A DNA stretch of 63,316 nucleotides, filler included, from Choristocarpus tenellus KU-1152 (taxonomy: Eukaryota > Protista > Phaeophyceae), in NCBI GenBank assembly GCA_964200185.2. It is 9 parts of 9 records of this genome, joined end to end, with 100 filler letters (N's around TTAATTAATTAA, not from the genome) between each part and the next. Parts side by side here need not be neighbours in the genome. Positions count along the whole stretch, not along the records: positions 27,397 to 35,409 come from CAXNAD020005270.1; positions 35,510 to 42,159 come from CAXNAD020007660.1; positions 42,260 to 47,218 come from CAXNAD020012373.1; positions 47,319 to 63,316 come from CAXNAD020000892.1; 5 more parts are not named here. The stretch is one strand, 5' to 3'. The position numbers and the translations under genes were made by a program. The notes under the pieces were generated by a model. The model saw only the letters and a list, made by a program, of their open reading frames with translations, did no database searches and was not told the origin of the DNA. Positions 34,201 to 47,320 of the stretch are shown here, piece by piece. Every line of letters starts with the position of its first letter. Within the stretch, counting starts at the first letter, position 1.

Positions 34201-35607
34201 GGAAGAACGAGGTCAAACTCGTGAAGCTGTGAGCGGTGTGTGAATTGTAGCTGTAACCCGTCCGATTCATGAAATAGTTGTGTGGGATTTGGTATTGAGA
34301 AAACCTGAAACTATGATTCTTTTCGTACAGGTTTTGTCATTTCGAGCTTCTGTTGGTAAGTAGGGGGGGCATAGAAGCCGTCCCAGATTCTCCAGGGAAC
34401 AGCCTCCTGAAATCAACAAAGCCGATCATTAGGGGAAAGGAGGAAGCAACATTGTGGAGGAAGAGGGTAATGAGGACGGAATGAAGAGTCTTTTTGCTTA
34501 AGACAAAAGGAACTATTACTAACGTCTACTACACATGACGAGTTCACTTGATACTCCGGACTAATAGTAATAGTGGTGTTTTTTTATATCCAGTGTGGAT
34601 CATAATATCATAACCATACACACATCAAGTAATACATGCTAGGTGGTATTATATGAAGATGATTATTCAGAGCCAGCCATATATTATCCCGTATAGAATA
34701 CTCCTCACGGAAATTTTGGACAAGATAGTTGTTGTGGTAGGGGAAGTAACATACAAGAACTTGAAGGGCAGAAAACAAAGAAACCAAACACTGAACCCAA
34801 TGTTGGTACTAATACTCAGGTAGATCATTACTTCAATGCGTGACATTTAAACTACTCTATCACTACGAAAGAGTACCTCCTTGTCCAGATCACAATCATA
34901 CACAGACAGGTTATATTTAATATATATATATATATAGTGACCGTTCAGAACACACTCTATTGTTAGTAGTGTATGACACAATTTAACAGAAGTAATTGTC
35001 ACAGTATATATATATTATGTTAATTTGTCAGATAGAAGTTACGTAGGTGAAGATATTGTTCAGATATAGATATAACCAGTATATATTGGTACATGCATGG
35101 GTGGTGTGGATACCTGGAAATATTGTCAGACACCTAACCTGTGATGCCTCTACCATTATAACTTTGAGTTTCCTGTTGACCACTTCGAAGTTTAAAATTA
35201 CGCACAGACCCCACATCTACACATGCACTTTTTTTTAGCTCAATCTCAATTTTCAAATTTTGGAATTTTGCACGTTACAGTACATTTCTGCTGTCCAGGT
35301 ACAACCCTCCCCTGTATCATTCCTCCTCCTGAGCACTGTGTCTGCTGGTTGGTTGAGCCGTTTCTCTGTTTCCTCAGCCACAGACCACACAGCTCCCCCT
35401 CCTCTATGCNNNNNNNNNNNNNNNNNNNNNNNNNNNNNNNNNNNNNNNNNNNNTTAATTAATTAANNNNNNNNNNNNNNNNNNNNNNNNNNNNNNNNNNN
35501 NNNNNNNNNCAGATACTTTGAGCCTGTACCATGAACAACCCATATCCCCGATGTACAGATCCCTGATACGCACTCTCCCCCATTGCCCTTACCTTCCTTT
35601 GACACAG

Positions 35608-38600
35608 GACATCATCAACCTTGAGAGCGATCTCATACTTGCATCTCCCCACATTGCTGGTCCTGTCGACTCTTGGATTGACGCCTTACTGTCCTGGGTT
35701 CCTGACAGTGAATATAGTCCTTACACTGACAGCAATGGACTCTGGAGAAACACATCAGAGACATTTTCGGCTGCCTTGTCAGAGTTCCTTCTAGTGCCTG
35801 GGTACAGGAGGTACTTTAACTGACGTATGAAACCCTGAAATGGAACCCCATGGTGAACCTGTGAATGCAGAATTGTTATTGAAATAAAAATGGAAAACTG
35901 CATCCCTTGAGGGACATATTTGTGTTTCCACTCTGCCTTTCATTGTTCTTGCTCTGACATTGCCGGTAAATCAAAGCCCTGGTTCCCACCAAGAGATAGA
36001 GGACATTGTGTCCTAGGTGGTGAGAAGATTTAAGTACGAGGACAAAAATATGGCAAGTCCCAATGAACTCCAATATTGTGGACTATGCACTTCTCCTCCT
36101 GTACCTATTGGATGAAAAACACTTGTGCCTACCTTCAGAAAAAAGTTGAAGGAAAGAAATAGATCAAGATTTGCATCCCCAAATAGAAAGTTCAGATGTG
36201 CTTGATAAGAGCAGAAATGACGCTCACTTCTTTTTGTTCGCTGTTTGGGTCAAGGGGTCAGTATCCTGAATGTTAATGACCTGCACAAGAACATTGAAGT
36301 CATTTGGTTCCCTAGACACCCCACCTTTTCCCTTCCCTGAGTGTGAGTTCTCTGTATGTTCAGGTTTTGTATGTCTACAGTTGAAAGATAGATGAGATCA
36401 TTTCAAGGGCAGACAGAAGAAAGTGACTGCTGCGAAGTTGTCCGTACTTTTTAACCAGGCAACTTGGGAAATATGTCAATGTTGTTTTGCTGGGGTGCTT
36501 TCTTCCCACATAACCCGAAATCCTCCATCGTGTGGTCGGCCTATTTTGATTGAAGAATGTGTATGTGCCCCTGTAGTGTGGAAAACATTTATTGTGCTCA
36601 AAATTCTGCTCATTAATATGATCAGATGTTCACTTTTCCTCAATATGTAAAAGGGATCGTGATAAGCATGGGAACCCATCAGAACTTCTGTTTTATTTCC
36701 GTGTTGGGAACGTCAGTGAGGGGAATTTAAGTTCGGAGTTTCCACCAAAGATACAACGCTTCCATCTAAACCAACAAATTTCTCGAACAGGTATTCTGTA
36801 GCAAAGCCATAAAGGATCACCTCTCTGTTTTAAGACAATGATATGCTGTAGCAACATTGTGCCAGAAAGAAGCAAGGGCATTGCAACGCCACTTCACATA
36901 GAGTGAAGTGAACGATTGTCAGCAACAGAATCACTCTATAACATCTCAGTCAGGTTTCTCACATCAAATATGTGTAATGCTCTATAGAAATTTGCATGGT
37001 ATATGGTCAGGGGATTGATCACAATACAAGGGTACCAGATCACGACCCCCCCCTTGTTTCTGAAGCAGGTTTAATGGGGATATTGTCATGGAGAATGGGA
37101 CTGTGGTGGCATCCAGGGTGCGACTGAACTATGTTGGCATTGACGAGAGAAATTCGGTGAGGGTTTTCTTGGGAACTAAGGCTTCTGTTACTGGCAGCAA
37201 TGATGTAAGAACAGAGTGGTTAATGATAACTCGACAGTCCAACAAAGGATTTGAAATAAACATCAAACTTACTCCTTGGTGGGATGAAAAGGTTTTAGGA
37301 TGCGTTCCCTGAGGTACCGAGGCATCAGAGTTTGCAGTGTCCTGCTTCCTTGGACCGGTTCCTGTGGCTGGCAGCCTTTGACGAGCTGTGGCTGGCAGGC
37401 AGAGTTGGGGAGCATTTGTGTGCAGTTGTGTTACACAACACTTGCTATATTATACTTTGCAGGTGGACCCATACACTTGACCGTGTACAAGATCAACAAA
37501 TAGACCAGTAGCAACTTAGGATCAACTGTGTAGAAACTATACCCCTTAACAGAAATCATCTCAGGCACTCTGCACACTCACTCATTGTCACAAACCTCTC
37601 AAGGGACAATTCAGAGGAACACCAGCTCTTTAAATTCTTGCCAGAACACCTATGCCTGCTGCCCAGGTTGCCGTCTAAATCGTGAATCTCGCTCAAACCT
37701 GCGCTCCTCCAACCCTCTACTTTCACTGCTTGCCAAGGTGTCCACCATAGAAGCAGCAAGGAAAGTCGCCAGCAGTTCTGATTTCGTGCAAGAACCACTT
37801 CTGTTGAATAGGTTTGATTGTAGACATTCACAAGAAGGTCGAGGTATCATAATTTGAAGCAATATGCGTGAGAGTCAGGGTGGCAGTCTATATCATATCA
37901 GGGTCCTGGCACTCTTCAGTGGCAAACAATCTTCCCCATGTTAGTACATCAGCTGAGTGGTGGATCTGTGCCAACAACTCTCTTGACAATTTTTCATAAA
38001 TAAAAAACAGTGGATAAAGGCAAGTCTTCCTTTGCTTGACCTTCCACGACAAAGCACTTGAGACTACAAGGTGCATATGTGCTATGCTTACACCATTGAA
38101 AACCTCGTATATCCCCCAATGGAAACCAGGGACCACATCTACGTTGAGCATCTGGCCTTAATCTATTGGGATTTTTTCACCATCACGGTAGCAAGCACAA
38201 TTGCAATCTCTATGGTCTCTTTCATCTTCCTTGGGACTGGGAAAGAGCTGTGGACACTGATTGCATCGGTGAGATTGGTTCTCAAATTAAATTCAAAATT
38301 ATGTGTTTTGAAGGGTACACTACAAAGTAATCAACATCTATCTGTTTCAGCAGGGCTTGTAGTTATTTACGAAGTTCTATGCACTTGTGTGAGTCTGCAC
38401 TCGGGTCTAAACAGGTTGAATCCTGTCAGGAAACAGCTGTGTCACCGTGTGTGAGTTGAGTACTGCTCAGAATAAGTTGGACTATTTCGGGAAGAACGAG
38501 AAGAATGAGAAGAAGATGCATCCCATTCCTCTCAGATCGTAGTTTTGGGTAGACTTAACAGATATCTGTCCAGGTAAGATAGTGTTCCATAGTTCCATGC

Positions 38601-41549
38601 ATCGTCTGTATGTCCTGAACAGGGAATGCAAGCAACTTGGAACAAATAGCCCTCGCAGGTCAATGCTATGTGGTACTCTGAGTGGATTCGGACTTGCGAT
38701 TCAAGTCAAAACGTATTGCCGGAGTATGAGGTGCAACCAAGGTGCCTGCCATCCAATGCATACAACAAATCTTTGTCCTGGTCTCCAAAACCCACAGGTT
38801 TTCACAGTGCAAATGAGCACTTACATTCTATACAGAATAACTGGTGTGGGAATCAGTGCCTTTTATGGAGTTCTTTCTATTGCTGCATCAGCCTTGGGAT
38901 CAGCCTCATCAACACGGGTCTTACAATCCTTTCATTTGCAGGCAAGAAGGGTTGTTTCGTAGGATCCTTTCAAACCTCTTGTTGCCACATACTGCGTGTT
39001 TGATCAGCACACCATGAGGAGTTAATTCAAAATCTTCGACTCACACACCGAGATTTTGGATTAATGACTCGCAAGGCAGAAGTAGAAGAGGTGGAGCAAA
39101 AAACATATAAATCTACTGCATGTTCAATGTGGTGAGCATTGAGAACTATTTTGAGGGTTGCTAGTTGCCAAATACTGTACTAATACCTCTCGGCAGTACC
39201 AGGCATGGAGTAGTATGATGCATGGCAAAAATCTGAAGTACATAACTATGCAGTCCAAATCTATAGAGCATAGTTTCTTGGGCGCTTCTATCCATTTCTT
39301 CACCACTAATTTTGCACACTGCAATGATTGCCACTGTTGTTAGGGCTATTACTTGACATTCAATTGTGTCTGCCGCCAACGTGATGGTGTAATAAGTGCA
39401 AGATAAAGTTTGACATAACCTGTGCAATCATCAAGCGCGGAACCTGAATAGCTTCGCGAAACCAAACTGAATGGAACATAGACTTCTATGTACATACAGG
39501 AGAGTCAGGTACTAGGAAAAATTGCTGGAGGGGATTCTCCATGCGGAAACTACGGAATGAGAGTAGTAACACACGTTCAAAGCTCAATAAAGGTTCTAAT
39601 TACTTGAGACCGCCTTCTTACATACTTCGGAATATTCGTTTGCACATAGGCGTATCGTATTCAGTTCTGATCTTACTTACACATAGATACGTCTAGACGC
39701 GAGGTGAAAGGTGCCTTCCGCACTCATGAGGTAAACATTTGCACTGGAAAGTTGAAGTAAACGAGAAGTATCCAGAGTTGCACTTTGAGGATGCCAGCAA
39801 ATACGTGCAAAATTCGGCTTTTTCTACAAATGAGTACGGGATGTTTTTCAAATCGTGCTGAAAACTTTCAATCAATAGAGAAATACATATTGTCAAGTCA
39901 AACCTTAGCGCCTCATCCATAGAAATATGGGTGAATTGCAAAAGATTGAAAAACCGGCTCATAATGCAAGATGACCAGAAACTGGGTCCCTCTCGTTCAC
40001 TTTCGCTCACTCGGCTTCAGCATGCCAGAAAATAATCCAAATGATTTCAACAGACCGGGAAAAGAACATGCGTAGCTGCGTATATAACATCATAGGAGGT
40101 CAATGGGAGTATGAAAGGATCCTATTATATCGAAAGAATGGGGGCGTTGGAGTGATTATCCACTTAACTGTATGTTTTAATTATAACCATCTAGATATCT
40201 AAGGAAGGTTGTCCACGTATGCAGCAGGAAGGACAAGGGATGGTGAAGGGTATTGACAGTGCCCTCTCAAGAGTTATCAGTTATTAGATGACCACAACTA
40301 GAATAGTTAAGGCCAGCAACCCACGATGTACACCCTACTACCCTTGCACATGCTCCTCTCTCCCACATGTGCAGAACCCAAAAAACTCTGTTGATCTCAA
40401 CATCCGCATTGCCGTACTTAGTACAGCCGGACAGCTCACACAGGCAGCTGCGGCGTCTACCCTGGGTGGCCTAATGTGTCTCACCGTCAGTGGTGAATTT
40501 ACTCATACATCTGCTTCTATTTTCCTTGTTATTGTCATCCTTTCCTGGGCTACCAGCCTCATCCTCGTGCCATCCATGCTCACATCGTATGGAGAGAAGT
40601 CAAACTGTGGAAGACAAGCTCAAAAGTATACTATTGCAGGTGTGTGTGTATGTGTACGTGTTAGAGCCAAAGTGAGCGAGAGGTACCCAAGTTTTGGTAC
40701 TTTTGTATATTAAACCGTTTTTTTTTAATCTCTTGCGATTCAACCTTATTTCTATGGGCGAAGTGCTAAATTTGACTTGAGAGCGTTGGTGTTACTCTAT
40801 TGTTTGAAAAAAAATCACAGGATTCAGATAAATTTCAATATATATACACTTGTACAAAAAAGCCAAACTTTGCACACGTTTGTTCAGCATCCTTAAAATG
40901 CAACTCTGGGTACCTCTCGTTTACTTTGGCTCTTTCTATTGTCAGGATTTCATACCTACCCCAAGGAGGTAAATGCAGGGAATGTGTCGTATTCCCAATC
41001 GATTTTCCACTGTAGTAAGGGTTGCCACCCTTTTAGAAAAGCCATCTTTCTTGTTCCAAGAATGGAGATACCTCCATCTTAGTAAAGCACTGCAGAAACG
41101 AACGTTTTCTGTTCCATGTTTTGTCTTACTAGAGAGATACACATAGACAAGAATGGATACTTACCTTTCGGAGACCACTTAACATTGACCTATTTACAGG
41201 GGTAGATGACGATGACAACATTCTTGGCTCCATACCCTGTGCTCCCTGGTCACCTATTGTTCAAAAGAGAGGGATCAGCTCATGTGTAGGAAGCGATTAC
41301 ATGGTTACATCAAGTGATGCCGGTTGTGCCATCACCATGTACAATAGTCAGCAGTCAGTTCCGAGGTCAGCATCACTAGGGCTACCCAAACGGACTATGC
41401 TTGGAATTCATGCAAAGCAACAACCAGCAACATTGATCACTCTAGATCCTGTGAGGGAAGAAGGACTAGACGTAGGCCTTACTCCTTTATCCCAGGGCTT
41501 GGAGTCCTTGACAGAACGAAAGATCACTTCTCACTGGTATGAAGAATGA
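35608..41549 (+). CDS. Patched/NPC1-like (sterol-sensing RND family) membrane protein, C-terminal half, divergent, possibly frameshifted
   Basis: Exons 35608-35810, 37069-37156, about 38055/38071-38268, about 38351-38413, about 38659-38704, possibly about 39254-39285, 40375-40639, 41200-41549 (stop). Motifs VDSWIDAL, RFNGDIV..GTVVASR, IYVEH, LNRSML...GFGLAIQ, and a final TM ending LILVPSMLT. Middle exon phases do not join cleanly. Confidence 0.7.
39749..40008 (-). mobile_element. MITE, older copy, inverted relative to 40664-40932
   Basis: The reverse complement aligns along its length with 40664-40932. Own TIR AAGTAAACGAGAAGTATCCAG / CTGGGTCCCTCTCGTTCACTTT. Confidence 0.7.
40664..40932 (+). 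mobile_element. MITE with 26-bp TIR (GAG...CTC ends)
   Basis: GAGCCAAAGTGAGCGAGAGGTACCCA ... TGGGTACCTCTCGTTTACTTTGGCTC. TSD not preserved. Confidence 0.8.
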
Positions 41550-43387
41550 ATATTGTTGTTTTAGTGTAATCAGGCATGGGTAATATATTGTGACGTCTAC
41601 TCACTGAGTTTAAATATTTTGCAATGATTGTTTCTAGCTGCCCACCTACATATTGATGCAGAACACCATAAGAATTCAATATTATAGAGCTCTAATGCGA
41701 CTGTCCACCTAGGTAATAATTTAAATTTTTGCAGTTCCATCCTAACGCACACCACATACAGTAGTGTAGTATTGTAGAGCTCTAGTGCAGCTGCTTCCAT
41801 TGACTTGGTAAGAAAGAGCCTGCACTAGGTCGTGGAGGGTCAGATTCTTCTCTCTTTGGTAGGTAATGGATATATTGGACAGGTGCCTGAAAAGGCATGA
41901 TACAACATCCCTACTGCTAGGTATGTTGACAATATGAACACCCTAATACATTATGTCATTCGACTCCTGCACAGTCAACAGGATACACCACTTGACACTT
42001 CCTCTACAATAGGGGCTACTCCTGAGTATTCCAGTGTGCTTGATGATATGTGCTGCTTAGGTATCATTCTCCCTTGCACTTCCTTCTCACACCTTACCAC
42101 TCATCACAGGATATTGTGGTTTGGCTGCCCATTGCCCCCCCTTAGCAGTCACAGTGTCCNNNNNNNNNNNNNNNNNNNNNNNNNNNNNNNNNNNNNNNNN
42201 NNNTTAATTAATTAANNNNNNNNNNNNNNNNNNNNNNNNNNNNNNNNNNNNNNNNNNNNGTGTAACAAACGCTTGCACTTCGTTGAAATACAAGAAGAAA
42301 CGCTCGCGCTATTCGCCTGTAACATCACTTCTCTTTCGTGTCTTCCAGACCTTCCTTCACGAACAAGAGGGCATACACGATTGGTACTGTGCTTGAAGGT
42401 GCTTTAGGATATGTGCAGAGTCTTTGTGGTCTCCATTCCCTGTAGTTGAGGTGTGAGTGACGAGTCTCTCCAGTCCCCTCACTATCATTCGATCACATTA
42501 TACACGAGGGCTGAGATGAATGACCATCTTCTCCTTTTCCCAAAGCTGCAAAAAGTCATCTTTGAACAACCTGTTGTGTTGAGTGATCGTGACTGAGACG
42601 AAAATGGTGAAGGGTGAATCATGGGTGACAAACAGTTTCCTCTCTATGAAATCTCGGGGAAATTTACCATTTACTATGATAGAGGGTCGAAGGAAACGGG
42701 ATGGTGGAACATAAAAACAACTGTTAAAACACGCTCCAGAACTCACCTCCACAGGTTGTGCAACTCTAATCCAACAATCTTTAGACGACACTGCGGGGGG
42801 TCCACAGGTGATAGCCACAAATGGGTGTCAGCTACTCTTCTTTCGATGATTCGCTCAGTGCCTTGCTCAAAGCTTGACTTAAAGGCTCAATCGAGATCAA
42901 AAGAGACTGGACAAGAGATACTTTGGCCACCATCAAAGTACTCTTTATTTTAAGCACTCACCCAGATTCTACAGACTACAAATAGAAACATATATGTAAA
43001 CTGGTGTATGCATACTCCAATAATGAATCTTTATTCAGTAACTTCTAGGAATTGATTTTTCTTCTGTAAGGTTATGTATGCAATTCGAATCTTACTCTGC
43101 ATCTTCTAAGAAATCAGCATTTATGCCACTTGTTTGCTACTAATCTCGTATACTGCTCGCGCTATTTGCTTGTAACCCAACCACTCCATTTTTGGTTACG
43201 ATTTTCACTTTACCTCACTCCACTTTTGTTCATTATTTTACACCGAGTATTATTATATCCTGTCAACATTTCCACACATACATGTCTGGAGAATGTCAAT
43301 ACCAATAATATTGCAACACGTCTGCATCATGTCATAGGGAATACAAATATAACACTATTACAAGGACTGTTTAGATTCAACAGTAGT

Positions 43388-43432
43388 GGTGGTGGTGGTG
43401 GTGGTGGTGGTGGTGGTGGTGGTGGTGGTGGT
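43388..43432 (+). repeat. (GGT)15 microsatellite
   Basis: Read directly. Confidence 0.95.
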
Positions 43433-43439
43433 AGTGTTC

Positions 43440-44768
43440 TGGGACCTGGTTCTGTGTGATGGGGGGTGATTAAAACCACCAGAGATGAGGTTCAGAAAGG
43501 AGGTGAGAGATGAGATTGAGGCATGCTGGGCGTATGTTGACAGCCTCTGAGTGTATGTTGATCGGTCTCCACTGCAACTGGTTGAAACAAGTCAGAACAG
43601 AAAACACAATCTCGACCTTTAGTGGTTTGAATTCGCCGTTAATGTAAGGGATACCGCGAGACGGTCGTGCGTCTGGCCCACATTGGAACACCTGGAGTGA
43701 ACTCAATGGCAAAAGGTGGTGCGCGCAATTGATATGACTGCGCGCAGTACCCACATCAGTGTCAGGAGATCTCAAAAAGTAGTTCTGTTCATTACATTGC
43801 CCTTCCAAGAGGATTCCATCCGACATGAACACAAAAGTCGCTGGCCCAGCACTTCATGTTGGACAGGTCCTTCTTTGGGAGGAATGACAAGAAAACATCG
43901 TTGTTGAATCAACTCAGGGCAAAAAAAAAGGAATGAAGAGGTGAAGCACAAGTGATGATCAGCCCTAGGTCACACTCTAGCCCAGAGTTAGGAATATTTG
44001 TGTTAATGGGTGGAAAGCGTAGTTAGAAAAATCGTGTGGACCAGCTCATCTTCTATGTGCCCCTGAGTGGACGAAGCTCAGTATCATCACAAGTTTGGTA
44101 TCATCAGGTCATCTATTGGGGAGTGTTGTGGAGATAGTGTTAAGTGATTGGAAAGCCCATAATCTCTTACTGTCACAACTAGTACAACACTTGCAATCAA
44201 GGTACTTGGAAATTGAGAGAAGTTGGGATGTTAGACGATCCTCTCTCTCAACCTACTTTTCCCTTGTGGTGCTTTGTTTCATGAAGACATCTCCTCGTCT
44301 TTTTGACCAGGTTCAACAACCGTTTGAGAGGGTTACGCTTCCTTCTTGTCCCCGATCGTGGGATGGCCCTACATCTCTGGTGAACCCCCAACACAGATCG
44401 GTGTGAGTTCCACTTCTGTAGGGCCTGCTTCTGTGTGTTTGGGTGTGATGAAAACTACCAGAGATGAGGTTCAAGAAAGAATTGAGAGATGAGACTGAGT
44501 CATGTTGGAGCTATGTTGACACCTCAAAGTGATATGTTGATCAATCTCCACTGTGATTGGTTGTGACAAGTCAGAAAAGAAAGCGCAATCTTGAGGTTTG
44601 TTTGAATCCACCATTCACATTGGGGATACCGCGAGCGGGTTGTGCATCTGGCCTACACCACTACCTGGACTGGCCTCAACGGCAAAAGGTGGTGTGGGCG
44701 AATGGATATGACTGCGCCTTATCCATATCAGTGTCAGGTGATATTAAAAAGGAGACCTGTCCCTGACA
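43440..44768 (-). mobile_element. Old TRIM-like non-autonomous LTR element
   Basis: Direct repeats of about 355 bp at 43440-43796 and 44417-44768. Copy 2 has TGTCAGGG...CCCTACA ends on the minus strand. Purine tract GGAAGGGCAA precedes copy 1 on the minus strand. Non-coding interior of about 620 bp. No clean TSD. Confidence 0.5.
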
Positions 44769-45650
44769 GTTGTAGTCAGTGGTAACACAACTCTCTATAA
44801 AATATTGACTGATCGAAAACTAACAATACAATTATGTCCTGACTTAACAAGTTTGTTCTCTCCAAACTAGTATGTGTGTTACATTGGGCTAACCCTGGGT
44901 TGTATGAAGGTGGGCGAGGAACTAAGGAAACATTTTTGAAGTGCCGTATCTTGCCTATTTGTTATTATTGTGCCCTCTGACATTTTGCAGATGTCTCAGG
45001 GGGGAAACAAATGAAAACTACACATATATATGTCAGTATATGCCCTAAAGAAATAAAATATCATAAATGTGAAAAACACTCATCTGTTACTTCACCACTA
45101 TCAATATTGTACCACTGCCTTCCTGTGCTTCCAATCTACCTACTCCTGCACCCCGGGGGGAGGAGCTAGGGAGGCATCCGAAGAATCCAATAAACCCCTC
45201 CATGCCCATCTCCCTGGTGACTCTAGGTTAAAACGCATGACATTTCTAGACCGTGCCACTTGTGTAGTCACCGAGACGATTTGGCGTAGCCGGGATTTGA
45301 CTACTCCTTTTCTCCTAAATCCTCCAGTTCCTCTGCCCCCCACCATGTGAGTAGCCAGCTCATCCAGGAAGCATTCCGCTTACTTGCCGAGGCGCCCAAA
45401 CCTTTCTTATCGAAATGAGTAAGAGTTCACCGCTCCAAAAATGTTGTAAGGTGGTACTGGTGTGATCCTTATGGTAGCGTTGAACGGTATATAACACCAC
45501 TAGTTCTTTCCGTGAACGGTACAAATATAACGCCGCGAGGAATGTCGTGTGCGTGGTTTCAACTCTGACTTGTTGAGATAACCTTTGTGTTGATCATCAA
45601 CCTGCTTGACTGATACTTAGAGCACGTTTACAAGCACAGAACTCGAGGGG

Positions 45651-46443
45651 ATGAAGGTCTCGGGTGCGCTTGTTCTGGGATTCTCCTTAGGTATGCTATA
45701 ATGTGGATGAGAAAGGATACAGTTTCCACATTTTACCACACAATTCCCAGTTTTATCATGACTATAGAAAAGGACACTTGAAACTCGAAAAGGTATCTAC
45801 GGGCAGGGCCCCGCCCCATTGGAGGCTTTGGGATGTCGAACTTTATTCAGTCGATCCTAGCGATTCATGAATTCAGTTCTCGCACGACAGTACCGTAGTC
45901 GAAGTACTTGACATCGTCAGCATGCACGACTACCTACGTTCCAAACCCTGGCCAACTCCCTGTCCATCTTCCTGATAATACTTGCAGCACTCATTACGGT
46001 GCAGCAAGGGAGTGTCGTAACTGCATTCGTTCGGAGCGTAGGCATCACTGGACGGCAGAGTGTCCCACGTGGTGTTTTTGCTGGAGTAGGTGTATCGTCT
46101 GTGACTTCAGGGCAGGCAGGTGGCCGTCGCCTGGCATTTGGTGAGAGAGAGAACGTCGCTTGCCTTAGTGAGATTATTTTAGAACTACACCAAAGAAATG
46201 AGAAGAGGCTAATTTTTGATCGTAGGTGAAGCCGCTCGATTACCAAACCACATTTTCATCTGTTTTTCTAGGGACAACTTTTTGCCATGCATGACAAACT
46301 AGATCCCTTTTTGTCCACTTGCAGCTCGCAACAGCAACAGCGCCCGCATGATGTTCTCAAACCCTTTCAAGAAGAAGGAGGTTGACTACGATGCCCTGGA
46401 GGGCAGCGCTGCTGAAGCAGCCAAGGTAGCACTTAGTGGCCAG
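45651..46443 (+). CDS. Plastid-targeted protein N-terminus (possibly methionine sulfoxide reductase A), 3' partial
   Basis: Phase-consistent exons 45651-45690, 45988-46119, 46325-46443. MKVSGALVLGFSLALITVQQGSVVTA-FV is a signal plus ASAFAP motif, followed by a basic Ser/Gly transit peptide and MMFSNPFKKKEVDYDALEG..AAKVALSGQ. MsrA is only a recollected resemblance; no catalytic motif is visible. Confidence 0.7.
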
Positions 46444-47140
46444 GTGAGCAGCTGACCCTTTGTTAGAAGGTAAATCGCCCTGAACGTCTATCTGTATGTC
46501 TGTGGCTTATTCTGGTCGTCACAATGTATATAAGACAACATGAAGTGTCACCAACTGGCTGAGTCAAGCAGCTGAAATAATCTCTATTTCACGATCACGA
46601 TTTTTCGAAGATTACTATTTGTCGGTAGCCAACAATGTGCGAATTTTGGACTGCTTTCCTCGCCGACTTTGGCCTTAATTTCCCCCTGTTTCGCAGTACT
46701 GAACCGTTTTTTTTGGGAGTACGTTGGACAATAACGTGGGACTGAGGTGGAGGTTGAGTTGTTGATTATCTTTGGTGCTTGATTTGAATGACAGAATAAA
46801 AAGCTAGAGTATGCTTGGTCTTTGTTGATATTTTCAACTCACCGATTTGGTGTCTGAGTTACCTTTAGTCCTGTACTTGATTGTGAGAGTCAGGATGGAT
46901 GTCCTTGACATCGCCCCACTGTGCATACTGATACCCTACCCCCATTATTTGTGTGCAAGGGATTATTAGATGTGTTTACCCCAACACAACATAGTTAGGT
47001 TGTGCATGAGAAGGAGAGTCTTCTAATGCCCCCTCTAGTTGTAGGGCATTCTCAAAAGCTCCTCACTTGTCTGGTTAGTTACATCAGTATTTGAGTCACC
47101 AACATTATCAACCCATAATGTCTATCATCTTCCAACACGA

Positions 47141-47163
47141 GGGTCGAAGTATCTGGGGGGGGG
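47141..47163. mobile_element. MITE left terminus GGGTCGAAGTATCTGGGGGGGGG near contig end
   Basis: Reverse complement of the CCCCAGATACTTYGA terminus seen at 151-171, 27397 and 35510. Confidence 0.55.
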
Positions 47164-47320
47164 ATGTCACATTTGCAGAAGTGCAAGCATCCTCCCATCT
47201 GTCCCACTCATCCACCTTNNNNNNNNNNNNNNNNNNNNNNNNNNNNNNNNNNNNNNNNNNNNTTAATTAATTAANNNNNNNNNNNNNNNNNNNNNNNNNN
47301 NNNNNNNNNNNNNNNNNNCC

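Noticed and set aside
41158-41175. ATACTTACCT as U1 snRNA 5' end
   Set aside because: No U1 stem-loops or Sm site follow, and it lies in an intron just upstream of an acceptor.
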